In this document: positions 1 to 8,081 of the stretch, one piece after another | How positions within the stretch are numbered: position 1 is the stretch's first letter | Layout: each line of letters begins with the position of its first letter | Origin: Bdellovibrionota bacterium | GTDB lineage: Bacteria > Bdellovibrionota_C > UBA2361 > OMII01 | DNA length: 47,021 nucleotides | Direction of reading: 5' to 3' | NCBI GenBank assembly: GCA_044356215.1 | Contig: JBIKWQ010000019.1 | Location: 1 to 47,021, forward strand | Position numbers and translations under genes: made by a program | The notes under the pieces: generated by a model | Database searches by the model: none | Told to the model about the DNA's origin: nothing | Seen by the model: only the letters and a program-made list of their open reading frames with translations

Positions 1-13
1 AGAGATTATCTAA

Positions 14-196
14 GGAAGGCCGGCAAAACCTACCCGTAGCGAGAAAGTGGAGGTTGAGTTGATATTTGATTTTCGAGATGGGAAAAAACCGCAAGTGTAT
101 CCACTGCGATACATTGAGGATTTTTTCCCATCTCGAAAACTCGAAGAGCAGCTCAAGATCCGCTTTCGCAGTAGGGAGGGGTTTTGCCGGCCTTCC
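14..196. mobile_element. MITE copy 1 (183 bp, IS5-like ends, fully palindromic)
   Basis: Perfect 17-bp TIRs GGAAGGCCGGCAAAACC / GGTTTTGCCGGCCTTCC. CTAA is directly repeated on both sides (10-13, 197-200). About 96% identical to the copies at 2206 and 26567. Confidence 0.92.
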
Positions 197-241
197 CTAA
201 GGGAGCGAGCTGGCCGAACGCCACCAGCCCGCGTTATTCGC

Positions 242-679
242 CTACATCGTAGCCGAAGTGCCACGCCCAGCGTTGCGCAGAACCTCACGAGCGAACTGTT
301 CCGGAGCTCTTTCAGCTAGATCTGCTAACGAGAGGATTCCTATTACATGGTTCTTCTTATCAACGACCGGCAGTCGACGGACCTCCTTGTCGCTAAATGT
401 CTTGCAGCTCTTGGCTAGATCTTGATCCGCGGTAATTGAAAATACCGGAGAGGACATAACCTCGCTGGCGGCCACTGAAGCGGGGTTCTTACCTGCTGCT
501 ATTGCTCGGCAGCAGATATCACGATCCGTGATAACTCCCACTAGTTCCGGGTCTTCTTTTGATTTAACAACCGGGATCTCTCCACAGCTATAGTCAACCA
601 TCAATTTAGCTACCTCGCTAAGCTTAGTCGTCGGTAGGCAAGTTGTTGGGTTTTTCGTCATAATCTCTTTTACGTTCAT
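242..679 (-). CDS. CBS domain-containing protein (tandem CBS pair)
   Basis: VKEIMT..P, GEIPVV...LVGVITDRDI and VRRLPVVD...VIGILSLADL motifs; AGGAGG RBS upstream. Confidence 0.93.
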   Translation of the reverse strand: MNVKEIMTKNPTTCLPTTKLSEVAKLMVDYSCGEIPVVKSKEDPELVGVITDRDICCRAIAAGKNPASVAASEVMSSPVFSITADQDLAKSCKTFSDKEVRRLPVVDKKNHVIGILSLADLAERAPEQFAREVLRNAGRGTSATM

Positions 680-772
680 CTATTATTCCTCCTGTTTATA
701 AACAGACGGAAAGGATTCTATCCGCGGATCATTCACGCGGCAGTGAGCTCGATTATGGAGAAGACACTAAAG

Positions 773-1231
773 CTAGCTTTCCTGATCAGGGCTTGAGACG
801 ATCTCAGGGTGCCTAATGATCCCGCCTAAGTGCGCTGTGTACGCTAGGCTGGCACTTGACGCTGTCGCTACCATGAATGTGATCGCTAACAGAGCGCGCT
901 CTAGAGCTGAACCTTTTGATATCGCGATCCATGACATAAGGCTAAGAAGTCCAGCCGCTATGGTAAATCCAAGCGATAATGAGGCGCTCTCTTCATGACC
1001 CTCAATAGTGGATTCGAGAATGCCCGGCAGATGCTCAACTACCTCTTCGGCGCCCTCGCCTAAAAAGTAGGCGCAAACAGCCATTAAGCTGGCGGCTATT
1101 AAAATCCCTAGCGCCACACGCGCTACCGCTAGTGAAGAGCGAAGGTGCGCGATAGCGAGCAGAATGACGCTCACAGGTGTGAGAACTACCGGTATGTGGA
1201 CTAGAGCGATATGCAGATAGGCGGCATTCAT
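773..1231 (-). CDS. DUF2231-like membrane protein
   Basis: Four hydrophobic helices; H-x3-VH-x-P N-terminal motif, GE-x-AEE, HEE, and GG-x-IRHPE C-terminus. Confidence 0.7.
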   Translation of the reverse strand: MNAAYLHIALVHIPVVLTPVSVILLAIAHLRSSLAVARVALGILIAASLMAVCAYFLGEGAEEVVEHLPGILESTIEGHEESASLSLGFTIAAGLLSLMSWIAISKGSALERALLAITFMVATASSASLAYTAHLGGIIRHPEIVSSPDQES

Positions 1232-1286
1232 AAGCTAACCCTAGCGCAGGCCGCCCAATAAGTCGATATTAACACCTTGTTGGTGA

Positions 1287-1574
1287 CTACTGAGGAGGCG
1301 TGCTCTCGCCAGATTCCTGGCTTGAGGTTGAGCGACCGTGGCCACGAGCTTCGCCCCCAAGTCTTCCTATTTTTGCCATGTGCTTTCTATCTTTGCTGAC
1401 CGTTTGACCTCCTTTGCGGCCGGCCTCACGCGCCTCTTCAGGTGTAAACTCATGTGCGTTGCCGCGTAGGTGCGCGACCTTGCCGCCTTTGCTAGCGATC
1501 TCCTTTTGTTTCTCCGGATCCATGGCGGCAAAACCTCGTGGCTTCTTCTCAGGGGTCTCGACTTCGTCTTTCAT
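1287..1574 (-). CDS. KGG-repeat stress-induced protein (YciG/Con-10/GsiB-like)
   Basis: RGFAAMDPEKQKEIASKGG, AHEFTPEEAREAGRKGG and HMAKIGRLGG repeats. Confidence 0.93.
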   Translation of the reverse strand: MKDEVETPEKKPRGFAAMDPEKQKEIASKGGKVAHLRGNAHEFTPEEAREAGRKGGQTVSKDRKHMAKIGRLGGEARGHGRSTSSQESGESTPPQ

Positions 1575-1753
1575 TTTTTTCTCCTCTGCTCTTTCGGTCG
1601 TGCGTGTATGGTACAGTAGAGGGGCCGGGGGGCTTGTATGATCCAGGTTTTCTTGTGGAGTAACTATTCAGCAAATACCGCTGCAATAACCTTAGCCCCT
1701 ATTAAGGGGCGGCTTTGCGGAGCAAAGCGGGGAGGATATAATAACTACTCACC

Positions 1754-1782
1754 AAAAAAGGCACCCCCGACTAGGGGGTGTC
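1754..1782 (-). terminator. Putative intrinsic terminator on the minus strand
   Basis: Minus strand reads GACACCCCC-TAGTC-GGGGGTGCC-TTTTTT: a GC-rich stem followed by a U6 tract. Confidence 0.65.
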
Positions 1783-1881
1783 AAGAAAGTAGAGGCCCGA
1801 AAAAAGGCCGTTTAACGATGTGATTACTGCAACGATCTAAAGAATCCGGTGAGTAGTTACCTTGTGGATAATCTCTTATAG

Positions 1882-2205
1882 ATGAGCTTAAAAGAGAAAC
1901 CTGTCAGTGAGTGTGATAAGTGTGGCGCGTGTTGTCGCACCTATCCGATCTTGGTTTCGATCGGAGACGCTACGCGTGAGCCACGAATTAAGCTAGAGGC
2001 GCTTCAACTACCTGAGTGGCGCCGTACCGATGAGTGGGAGTACCAGCTTCATCCGCTTCCGTTCTTAGAGGGATGCCCATTCTTAAGCTCAGAAAAGACC
2101 TGCTCGGTGTATGACACGCGCCCCGACCCATGTCGGCGATTTAGTGCTGGAAGCCCTGAGTGTGATGAGGCTAGGAGTCGCGTTGGCTTGCCGAAGCTTG
2201 ATTAA
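1882..2205 (+). CDS. YkgJ family cysteine-cluster (CxxCxxCC) protein
   Basis: CDKCGACC, CPFL...CSVYDTRPDPCRRF motifs. The TAA stop lies within the left target duplication of MITE copy 2. Confidence 0.9.
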   Translation: MSLKEKPVSECDKCGACCRTYPILVSIGDATREPRIKLEALQLPEWRRTDEWEYQLHPLPFLEGCPFLSSEKTCSVYDTRPDPCRRFSAGSPECDEARSRVGLPKLD

Positions 2206-2387
2206 GGAAGGCCGGCAAAACCTACCCGTAGCGAGAAAGTGGAGGTTGAGTTGATATTCGATTTTCGAGATGGGAAAAAACCGCAAGTGTATCCCCTGTG
2301 ATACATTGAGGATTTTTTTCCATCTCGAAAATCGAAGAGCGACTCAAGATCCGCTTTCGCAGTCGGGAGGGGTTTTGCCGGCCTTCC
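2206..2387. mobile_element. MITE copy 2 (182 bp), same orientation as copy 1
   Basis: Same 17-bp TIRs; TTAA duplicated at 2202-2205 and 2388-2391; 1-bp deletion relative to copies 1 and 3. Confidence 0.92.
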
Positions 2388-3541
2388 TTAACTACCGGAG
2401 TAAAGTTCCCTTCACCATGAGCTTTTTTGCGAAGCTCCTCTAGGTGTAGCTTAATCTCGTCGGGAATCTCGGTTCCTGCTGTGCCTGTATAATCATCGAC
2501 AATCTGTCCTCGATAAACGGCATAGGCTTGTTTCGCGGTCTTTGTTCCCGGGAACTCGCTGATACACCTTTCAAGATACATCTCCGCCCAGCTCTCAGAG
2601 AAAAAGAGCGGAAGCTTGGTGTAGGCGAAGCCAAGTAAGTATAGAGCTCGCGCGCGATCGGTTTTGTTTAACTTGCCATCTTCTAACTCTTTGTGCAGAA
2701 GAGCTGTTCCTCTTAAAAGAGCTACATCATTTTGGTTGGTGTCAGGAGACTCGCTAAGCCCTATTTTTATAAGCCTCTCGGCCTCAGCTAACCTATTTTG
2801 CGCGACTGCGCGCTTATCCTTAGACCACGCGTTTAATTCGCTGGCCCACGCCTTAGCTGCTCGAGCGTCATCCTCTGGAAGCTTAGCTGAATCAGCGATG
2901 GAGCCTAGAATCTTGGCTCCTTCGGCAGGATCACGGCTAATCCTGGTAGTGATCATCAAGATGCTGCGGAGAGCCTCATCGTAATACAGCCTATATTCAG
3001 GGTCTTTAAGAACCTGCAGGAACTCACTCTCTGCCGCGGCAAACTGTCTGGTGGCGAGAAGAAAACGGGCTTTATTAAGAGGATCTAAAGATTCGTCAAT
3101 AACGCCGGGATTTGAATAGCGGCTATCTACTTTGTAAGTAGCGTGACAGGTAAAGCAGTCAGATGGGAGTTTTCTTAGGCGCCACCAGGCATAAGACTTT
3201 TTACCCTCTGAGAAGCGCCTGCTGGCATCATCTAAGAGCTCAGCTACGGACTTTGTATTCTCATCAAAACCAGGGAGGTTGTGGTACCTGGTTGGCAGGG
3301 TCTCAATCTTATGAAAGCTTTTACGGAGCCCCTGAATAATCTCGAAGATATCCTCAGAGTTTCCTTCATCTAGAAAGAGCTCTTCGGACGCGATGTAGGG
3401 TTGAATCGCCTTAAAAGGAGTGAGCAGCGAATTCATTTGGCCACGCACCTCCTGGGCTAGCACTGCGGGGGAGTGGGCTAATGCTATGAAGGTTACTAAG
3501 TGGAAATTTATCTTGGCTCTTAAGGTGATAAATGGTTTCAT
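2222..3541 (-). CDS. Exported monoheme c-type cytochrome / TPR-like helical protein with a MITE-derived C-terminal tail
   Basis: Signal-peptide-like N-terminus (..AVLA|QE), a single CFTCH heme motif after a helical domain, and TPR-like repeats (ARALYLLGFAY). The last 55 aa (KEGRQNPS...SRYG) are encoded by MITE copy 2. Confidence 0.75.
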   Translation of the reverse strand: MKPFITLRAKINFHLVTFIALAHSPAVLAQEVRGQMNSLLTPFKAIQPYIASEELFLDEGNSEDIFEIIQGLRKSFHKIETLPTRYHNLPGFDENTKSVAELLDDASRRFSEGKKSYAWWRLRKLPSDCFTCHATYKVDSRYSNPGVIDESLDPLNKARFLLATRQFAAAESEFLQVLKDPEYRLYYDEALRSILMITTRISRDPAEGAKILGSIADSAKLPEDDARAAKAWASELNAWSKDKRAVAQNRLAEAERLIKIGLSESPDTNQNDVALLRGTALLHKELEDGKLNKTDRARALYLLGFAYTKLPLFFSESWAEMYLERCISEFPGTKTAKQAYAVYRGQIVDDYTGTAGTEIPDEIKLHLEELRKKAHGEGNFTPVVKEGRQNPSRLRKRILSRSSIFEMEKNPQCITGDTLAVFSHLENRISTQPPLSRYG

Positions 3542-3586
3542 AGCGGCACTGTAATCTTTAATTCAAAGTTTTTAGGATCATATATC

Positions 3587-3817
3587 ATGTCTGATAATAA
3601 GGTAATCATAACAATTAAGAACAACGGCCCGATCAGGGTTGAGGGCACATCTTTTGAGATCCGCGACGCGGCAGGTGGGGTTTTTAATCTAAACGGAAGA
3701 ACCGCCGTTTCAATCTGCAGGTGTGGAGTGTCCAAGAAGCAGCCGTTCTGTGACGGAAGTCACGGCGAGTGCAAGTTCGCCTCAGAGGTTACGGCTTATG
3801 AGTTGCCGCCGAAGTAG
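3587..3817 (+). CDS. CDGSH iron-sulfur domain protein
   Basis: NGPIRVEG and ICRCGVSKKQPFCDGSH signature. Confidence 0.95.
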   Translation: MSDNKVIITIKNNGPIRVEGTSFEIRDAAGGVFNLNGRTAVSICRCGVSKKQPFCDGSHGECKFASEVTAYELPPK

Positions 3818-3858
3818 ATTTGTGTCAGGGGATGCGAGGCTATTGAGTTTTATTGCTC

Positions 3859-4314
3859 ATGAAGCAGTTTCTGAGAAGATTATTTACCTGGGCTATGGTC
3901 GGCGCGGCCGGGCTTTGTCTTTTCTCCACATACACAACCTTCAAATTCATCTCGTCTGCTTATCCGCTTATTGCGAAGGTGCTTAAGACCGACCGTGCTG
4001 ACCATCTAGTGGTAGATGTACCAACCGAATTAGACATCGGGAAACCTTATGCGGGAGCAATAACCAAGCACTCTTCCTATCATGCAACAATTTCTTACCC
4101 AGATCCTGTAACTAAGGCGACGAAGACCATGCATCTGCCTTCTTTGAAGGAATATAAACCTGGCGAAGAATTACCAGTATTGGTTTCTAAGAGCGGTGAC
4201 CATGTCTTGCAGAACTCGTTCTTGGGTCGATGGGGTTCCTCGTTGCTGTTCCTCTTAGGAGCGATATTATTCGGATTTTTTAGGGAATGCCTAGAAGATG
4301 TCAAAACAGTGTGA
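3859..4314 (+). CDS. DUF3592-like membrane protein
   Basis: N- and C-terminal TM helices flank a beta-rich domain (YHATISY, YKPGEELPVLV). ATG at 3859 preferred over TTG at 3853. Confidence 0.55.
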   Translation: MKQFLRRLFTWAMVGAAGLCLFSTYTTFKFISSAYPLIAKVLKTDRADHLVVDVPTELDIGKPYAGAITKHSSYHATISYPDPVTKATKTMHLPSLKEYKPGEELPVLVSKSGDHVLQNSFLGRWGSSLLFLLGAILFGFFRECLEDVKTV

Positions 4315-4369
4315 ATATTATTTCTGTCGATAATTATCTCGCGTGAAGCTTGAGTGAAAGAATTAAATA

Positions 4370-4876
4370 GTGATTCCTATGCCCGAACTATCGATTGAAG
4401 CTGTATTAACTTTAGCCGAAGAGGCTCATTCCTCTGGCAAAAGGTGGCACTTCCATATCTTATCTCCTTCTTGCTGCTTTAACCAAAGAAGCGATCGCTA
4501 TGGCCTTATGGTTGAAGTGCCATCTGATAAGACCAGCGTGATAGCGTATGTCTCAGAGCGGCCAGTAGAGCAGGGGAGGATGCTCGTTACTCTTCTTCAT
4601 GGCTCCAAGGTTCTTGATGGCACAGGTTCCGTGTCAGCAACTAAGAACGATGTAGCCGCGAAGATAGTCGCGAGAGCCCAGGAGCTGAATGAGCGATGCG
4701 TCGCTTGGCATCATCATATGTTGTTCCCTGATTGCGCGCTAAATCCTCATCCAGGGAAATGGACGTTGAGCTTCGAAGACCCTGAGTCGGGCGACGTTCT
4801 GAGCGCGACATATGAAAACGAGCCGATCGATGATCTCAAGGAAGTTGAGGCTTTGTTCTATGGGCAGATTAAGTAA
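4370..4876 (+). CDS. Hypothetical protein with a two-fold internal repeat and His/Cys motifs
   Basis: WHFHILSPSCCFN and WHHHMLFPDCALN in two aligned ~70-aa halves. Start is GTG 4370 or ATG 4379. Confidence 0.8.
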   Translation: MIPMPELSIEAVLTLAEEAHSSGKRWHFHILSPSCCFNQRSDRYGLMVEVPSDKTSVIAYVSERPVEQGRMLVTLLHGSKVLDGTGSVSATKNDVAAKIVARAQELNERCVAWHHHMLFPDCALNPHPGKWTLSFEDPESGDVLSATYENEPIDDLKEVEALFYGQIK

Positions 4877-4934
4877 GATGTAAGGATGTTAGAGAGGTGA
4901 GAGATCCCAGGGCGCGATATTCTCTAGCAGCTGG

Positions 4935-5157
4935 CTAATTTTTAGGAATCTCGACCTCTACCCGGCGATTTTTTTGTCTTCCCTCGGGATCGTCATTGCC
5001 ATTTGGTTGGGAATTGGGGGCGATAGGGTATCGCTCACCTCTACCTATCGCCTCTAAGCTAAAGTTTTTTAATTCATCTCTAGATATCAGCCAGGCCTTT
5101 ACAGATTCCGCGCGTTTTTTAGAGAGTGCATCGTTGTATGAATCTGAACCCCCAAGC
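4935..5157 (-). pseudogene. OmpA/Pal-like peptidoglycan-binding domain, C-terminal fragment
   Basis: GSDSYNDALSKKRAESVKAWL...GRGE..PIAPN...GRQKNRRVEV. The upstream GHTD motif and N-terminus are missing, replaced by the repeat element at 5158. Confidence 0.8.
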
Positions 5158-5254
5158 GGAGGCGGGCTAAACATCGCAGTTGCAGACCCTAAACGGCGCG
5201 ATTAGCGCCGTTACCGAGCAAAAACTCGCGTAAGCGGGGTTTTGCCTCGCCTCC
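5158..5254. repeat. Degenerate short MITE/REP-like palindromic element (family 2)
   Basis: Imperfect TIRs GGAGGCGGGCTAAAC / GTTTTGCCTCGCCTCC followed by CTAG; internal hairpin AACGGCGC-GATTA-GCGCCGTT; partial homolog at 36619-36655. Confidence 0.6.
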
Positions 5255-5607
5255 CTAGATAATAATCCTGGATTTAGCTAGGTTCTGCCAGGCATGACCT
5301 CACATCTTTTATACGTCACATCCCACTCCACCTCTTTTCTCTCGCCGCTCTCTTTGTAGAAAAAGGATTCGCCGAGGTTTTCATTTAAACAAAGAGGCCA
5401 GCGAGAGCGGAGAGAAGGGGCATACTGACGGTGCAGCTTATGCATTCCCCTCGCAGCTCTCTATTGTGAAAAAGCTGCTCAGTATTAGAGAATTTCCAAT
5501 TCTTTACAAAGCGTAAAAGAGATCGTCGAGCCAGAAAAGGATTTGTACCTACTTGTTGGCCTGATGCCCCTCTGTCGAAGACCCATCACCCAGGATTTGG
5601 GTAATAG

Positions 5608-6738
5608 TCAGCTTCTCCCCATCCCAAGCAACTCACCCCCCTCGGTCGCTAGCCATATCTCACCGCGTGAGTCAGTTCCGATAGCAGTTATGACCTTGTT
5701 TGGCAGCTTAGCCAGCTCTTTATGCTCCCAAAACCCAGGGTTTTTTTCGCGCGCTGTGTAAATAGTTCCTGATGCTGATTCCGCGAAGATCATAGAATTT
5801 TTAATTTGGCTTAAGCTCGAGCCCCTGTATGTAAAACCACCTAGTAGTTTTGCTCGCGGAGAAGTTGGTTGAAGAGATATCTTAGGAGCGGTAAAATCAT
5901 CGACTTTGCAAGGCGCCTCACGGCATGTCACGCCATCAGTTTTATCCCAGCCATAGTTCTTTCCGGCCTCTATGATGTTTAACTCAAGTGTTCGCTCATT
6001 TGAGTCCAGAAGCACCAAACGCCGTGATTCAGCGTCAAAGGTAATTGAATCTGGGCTGCGAAAACCTAATGCCCAGATCTCGGGCAAGGCGTTTGGAGTG
6101 CCGATAAACGGATTGTCCTTAGGGATTGAGAATCCTTTTTGACCCGTTGGCGATATTCTAATCACCTTGCCTAAAAGAGAATTTAACCCTTGAGCCGTAT
6201 GAGATCTTGTCCCTGTTGTAGGCTCGCCATCATCAGTGGCTACAAAAAGATTGCCAGCGTTGTCTAGAGTTAGATCTCCATTTAGATTATTCGGGGCGAG
6301 GCGAGCGATCTTTATTACAACCGACATATCATCGGCCCGCAGAGTTTTTTCTCCGCTTAAGGAAAAGCGCGAGACAACTAGATCTCCTTGAGTATCGACG
6401 TAATTTAAGAAGAGAGCAGGTGCAGTTGAATCCTTGGTTGCCGCGATACCTAACAGCCCGGGCGCTGGGTCATCTCGGGTGATATCCTCAATATCGATTA
6501 GCTCGTGTGTCTCACCGGTCTTTGAGTCGACAGAAAGAACTAGTCCGGAGCGGATCGACAATAGTACAGATTCCTCGCGCCGTGGGTCAGGAATGATCCT
6601 AACGGCTTTATCGAGGTCCTCTGCTACTACTCGGGCCGAGATTTCATTGGTAATCTTGAAGTTCTCAGCCGCCGCACAGAGAGAATAGGAGATAGAAACC
6701 AGGCCAATCGCTAAGATCCCTATCTCCCTTAATACCAT
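5608..6738 (-). CDS. PQQ-dependent sugar dehydrogenase (GSDH) family beta-propeller, exported
   Basis: GLLGIA, AQGLNSLLGKVIRI, IPKDNPF, PEIWALGFRSP and GKNYGW motifs; signal peptide. Confidence 0.88.
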   Translation of the reverse strand: MVLREIGILAIGLVSISYSLCAAAENFKITNEISARVVAEDLDKAVRIIPDPRREESVLLSIRSGLVLSVDSKTGETHELIDIEDITRDDPAPGLLGIAATKDSTAPALFLNYVDTQGDLVVSRFSLSGEKTLRADDMSVVIKIARLAPNNLNGDLTLDNAGNLFVATDDGEPTTGTRSHTAQGLNSLLGKVIRISPTGQKGFSIPKDNPFIGTPNALPEIWALGFRSPDSITFDAESRRLVLLDSNERTLELNIIEAGKNYGWDKTDGVTCREAPCKVDDFTAPKISLQPTSPRAKLLGGFTYRGSSLSQIKNSMIFAESASGTIYTAREKNPGFWEHKELAKLPNKVITAIGTDSRGEIWLATEGGELLGMGRS

Positions 6739-6739
6739 C

Positions 6740-7957
6740 TTACTTTCCTTGTTCCTTTAGGATCGTAGCTATTGAGCTGCAGATGTACTCGATGTTTTTG
6801 TTGTTCATCGCGGCTACGCAGATACGACCACTATCGAGAGCGTGGATGTGAAACCTCTCTCTTAGAGTCGTGATCACATCCTTGGAAAGCCCTGAGTATG
6901 AGAACATGCCGCGTTGCTTTTCAATAAAAGAGAAGTCTCGGTCCGGAATCATCTCTCGTAGGGTGCTTGAGAACTTGTGCCGCATATCAAGAATCCGTAG
7001 CCGCATCCCCTCAAGCTCCTTCTCCCAAAGAGCGCGTAGCTCTGGGGTGTTTAAAGTTATCGCCACTACCTGAGCTCCAAAGGATGCCGGGCTTGAATAG
7101 ATGGTACGTACTATGCGCTTTAGTTGAGAGAGTAGGTTGGTTGCCTCTTGCGATGAGCCAGTTACCACAGTTAGAGCTCCACACCTTTCACGGTACATCG
7201 AGCACGATTTAGCATATGAGGTCGTAACGATAAAGGTTAAGCCCTTATCGGCGAACAACCTAATAGCTCCAGCGTCTTTCTGTAAACCTTCAGCGAATCC
7301 CTGATACGCGCTGTCGATAAACGGAATTAAGCGGTGTTTTAAGCAGATCTCCGCTACGGCCTCCCAAACGCTCATATCCATATCAACGCCAGTTGGATTG
7401 TGGCAGCACGCGTGCAAAAGAACCGCGCTATTTTCTGGTAGCTCTCGCAGAGCCGCTAACATCGCATCAGTTTTTAAGCCGTTGGTTTTAGGATCGTAGT
7501 ATGGATACGATTGAACATTGAGTCCTGTACCGGAGAAGAGTAATCGGTGATTTTCCCACGTTGGGTCACTGACATAGATAGATGATCCCGGAAAGAAGTG
7601 CTTGATAACCTCGGCTCCGAGGCGCAGCGCTCCGGTACCTCCGATAGACTGCATCGTTACCGCGCGCTTTTCCCTGATAATGTTTGAGTCCTTTCCAAAG
7701 AGGAGCTCCTGAGTCCCTGAGTTATATTGAGCAACTCCATCGATCGTTAAATACGATTTGGTGTCTTCTTTTGAGATCCAGATCTGAGTAGCTTGTTTGA
7801 TCGACTCAAGGATAGGGCTGCCACCCTTGTCATCTTGGTAGACGCCAACACCTAGGTTTACTTTGTTTGGATTTGGGTCCGCTCTGAAGGCCTCAGCTAC
7901 TCCGAGGATAGGGTCCGGGGCCGCGGCAGTGACGTGACTAAAGAATGATGCACTCAT
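6740..7957 (-). CDS. aspC: Aspartate/aromatic amino acid aminotransferase (class Ia)
   Basis: PDPILG, KVNLGVGVY, GGTGAL, HACCHNPTG, DSAYQGF, SYAK (PLP lysine) and GMFSYSGL motifs. Confidence 0.93.
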   Translation of the reverse strand: MSASFFSHVTAAAPDPILGVAEAFRADPNPNKVNLGVGVYQDDKGGSPILESIKQATQIWISKEDTKSYLTIDGVAQYNSGTQELLFGKDSNIIREKRAVTMQSIGGTGALRLGAEVIKHFFPGSSIYVSDPTWENHRLLFSGTGLNVQSYPYYDPKTNGLKTDAMLAALRELPENSAVLLHACCHNPTGVDMDMSVWEAVAEICLKHRLIPFIDSAYQGFAEGLQKDAGAIRLFADKGLTFIVTTSYAKSCSMYRERCGALTVVTGSSQEATNLLSQLKRIVRTIYSSPASFGAQVVAITLNTPELRALWEKELEGMRLRILDMRHKFSSTLREMIPDRDFSFIEKQRGMFSYSGLSKDVITTLRERFHIHALDSGRICVAAMNNKNIEYICSSIATILKEQGK

Positions 7958-8081
7958 GTATTTCCTGCGTTAAATACTAACGGCCGACAGTGTAGCATAA
8001 GCCAGATCAAACAACCACAGAAGAGCTTGGTGGAAAAGGCTGTTTGAACAGTGAGCGCCGGCATACTGTTTAGTCCTGACT

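Noticed and set aside
10..319. ORFs 10..288 (-) and 47..319 (+), also 2089..2286 (-) and 26547..26753 (+)
   Set aside because: They are reading frames through the palindromic MITE with non-ATG starts, mostly overlapping real genes; not called as independent genes.
5278..5445. 55-aa minus-strand ORF (MHKLHRQ...EVMPGRT)
   Set aside because: No recognisable motif, and it is not the missing OmpA N-terminus; possibly a decayed gene, but unsupported.
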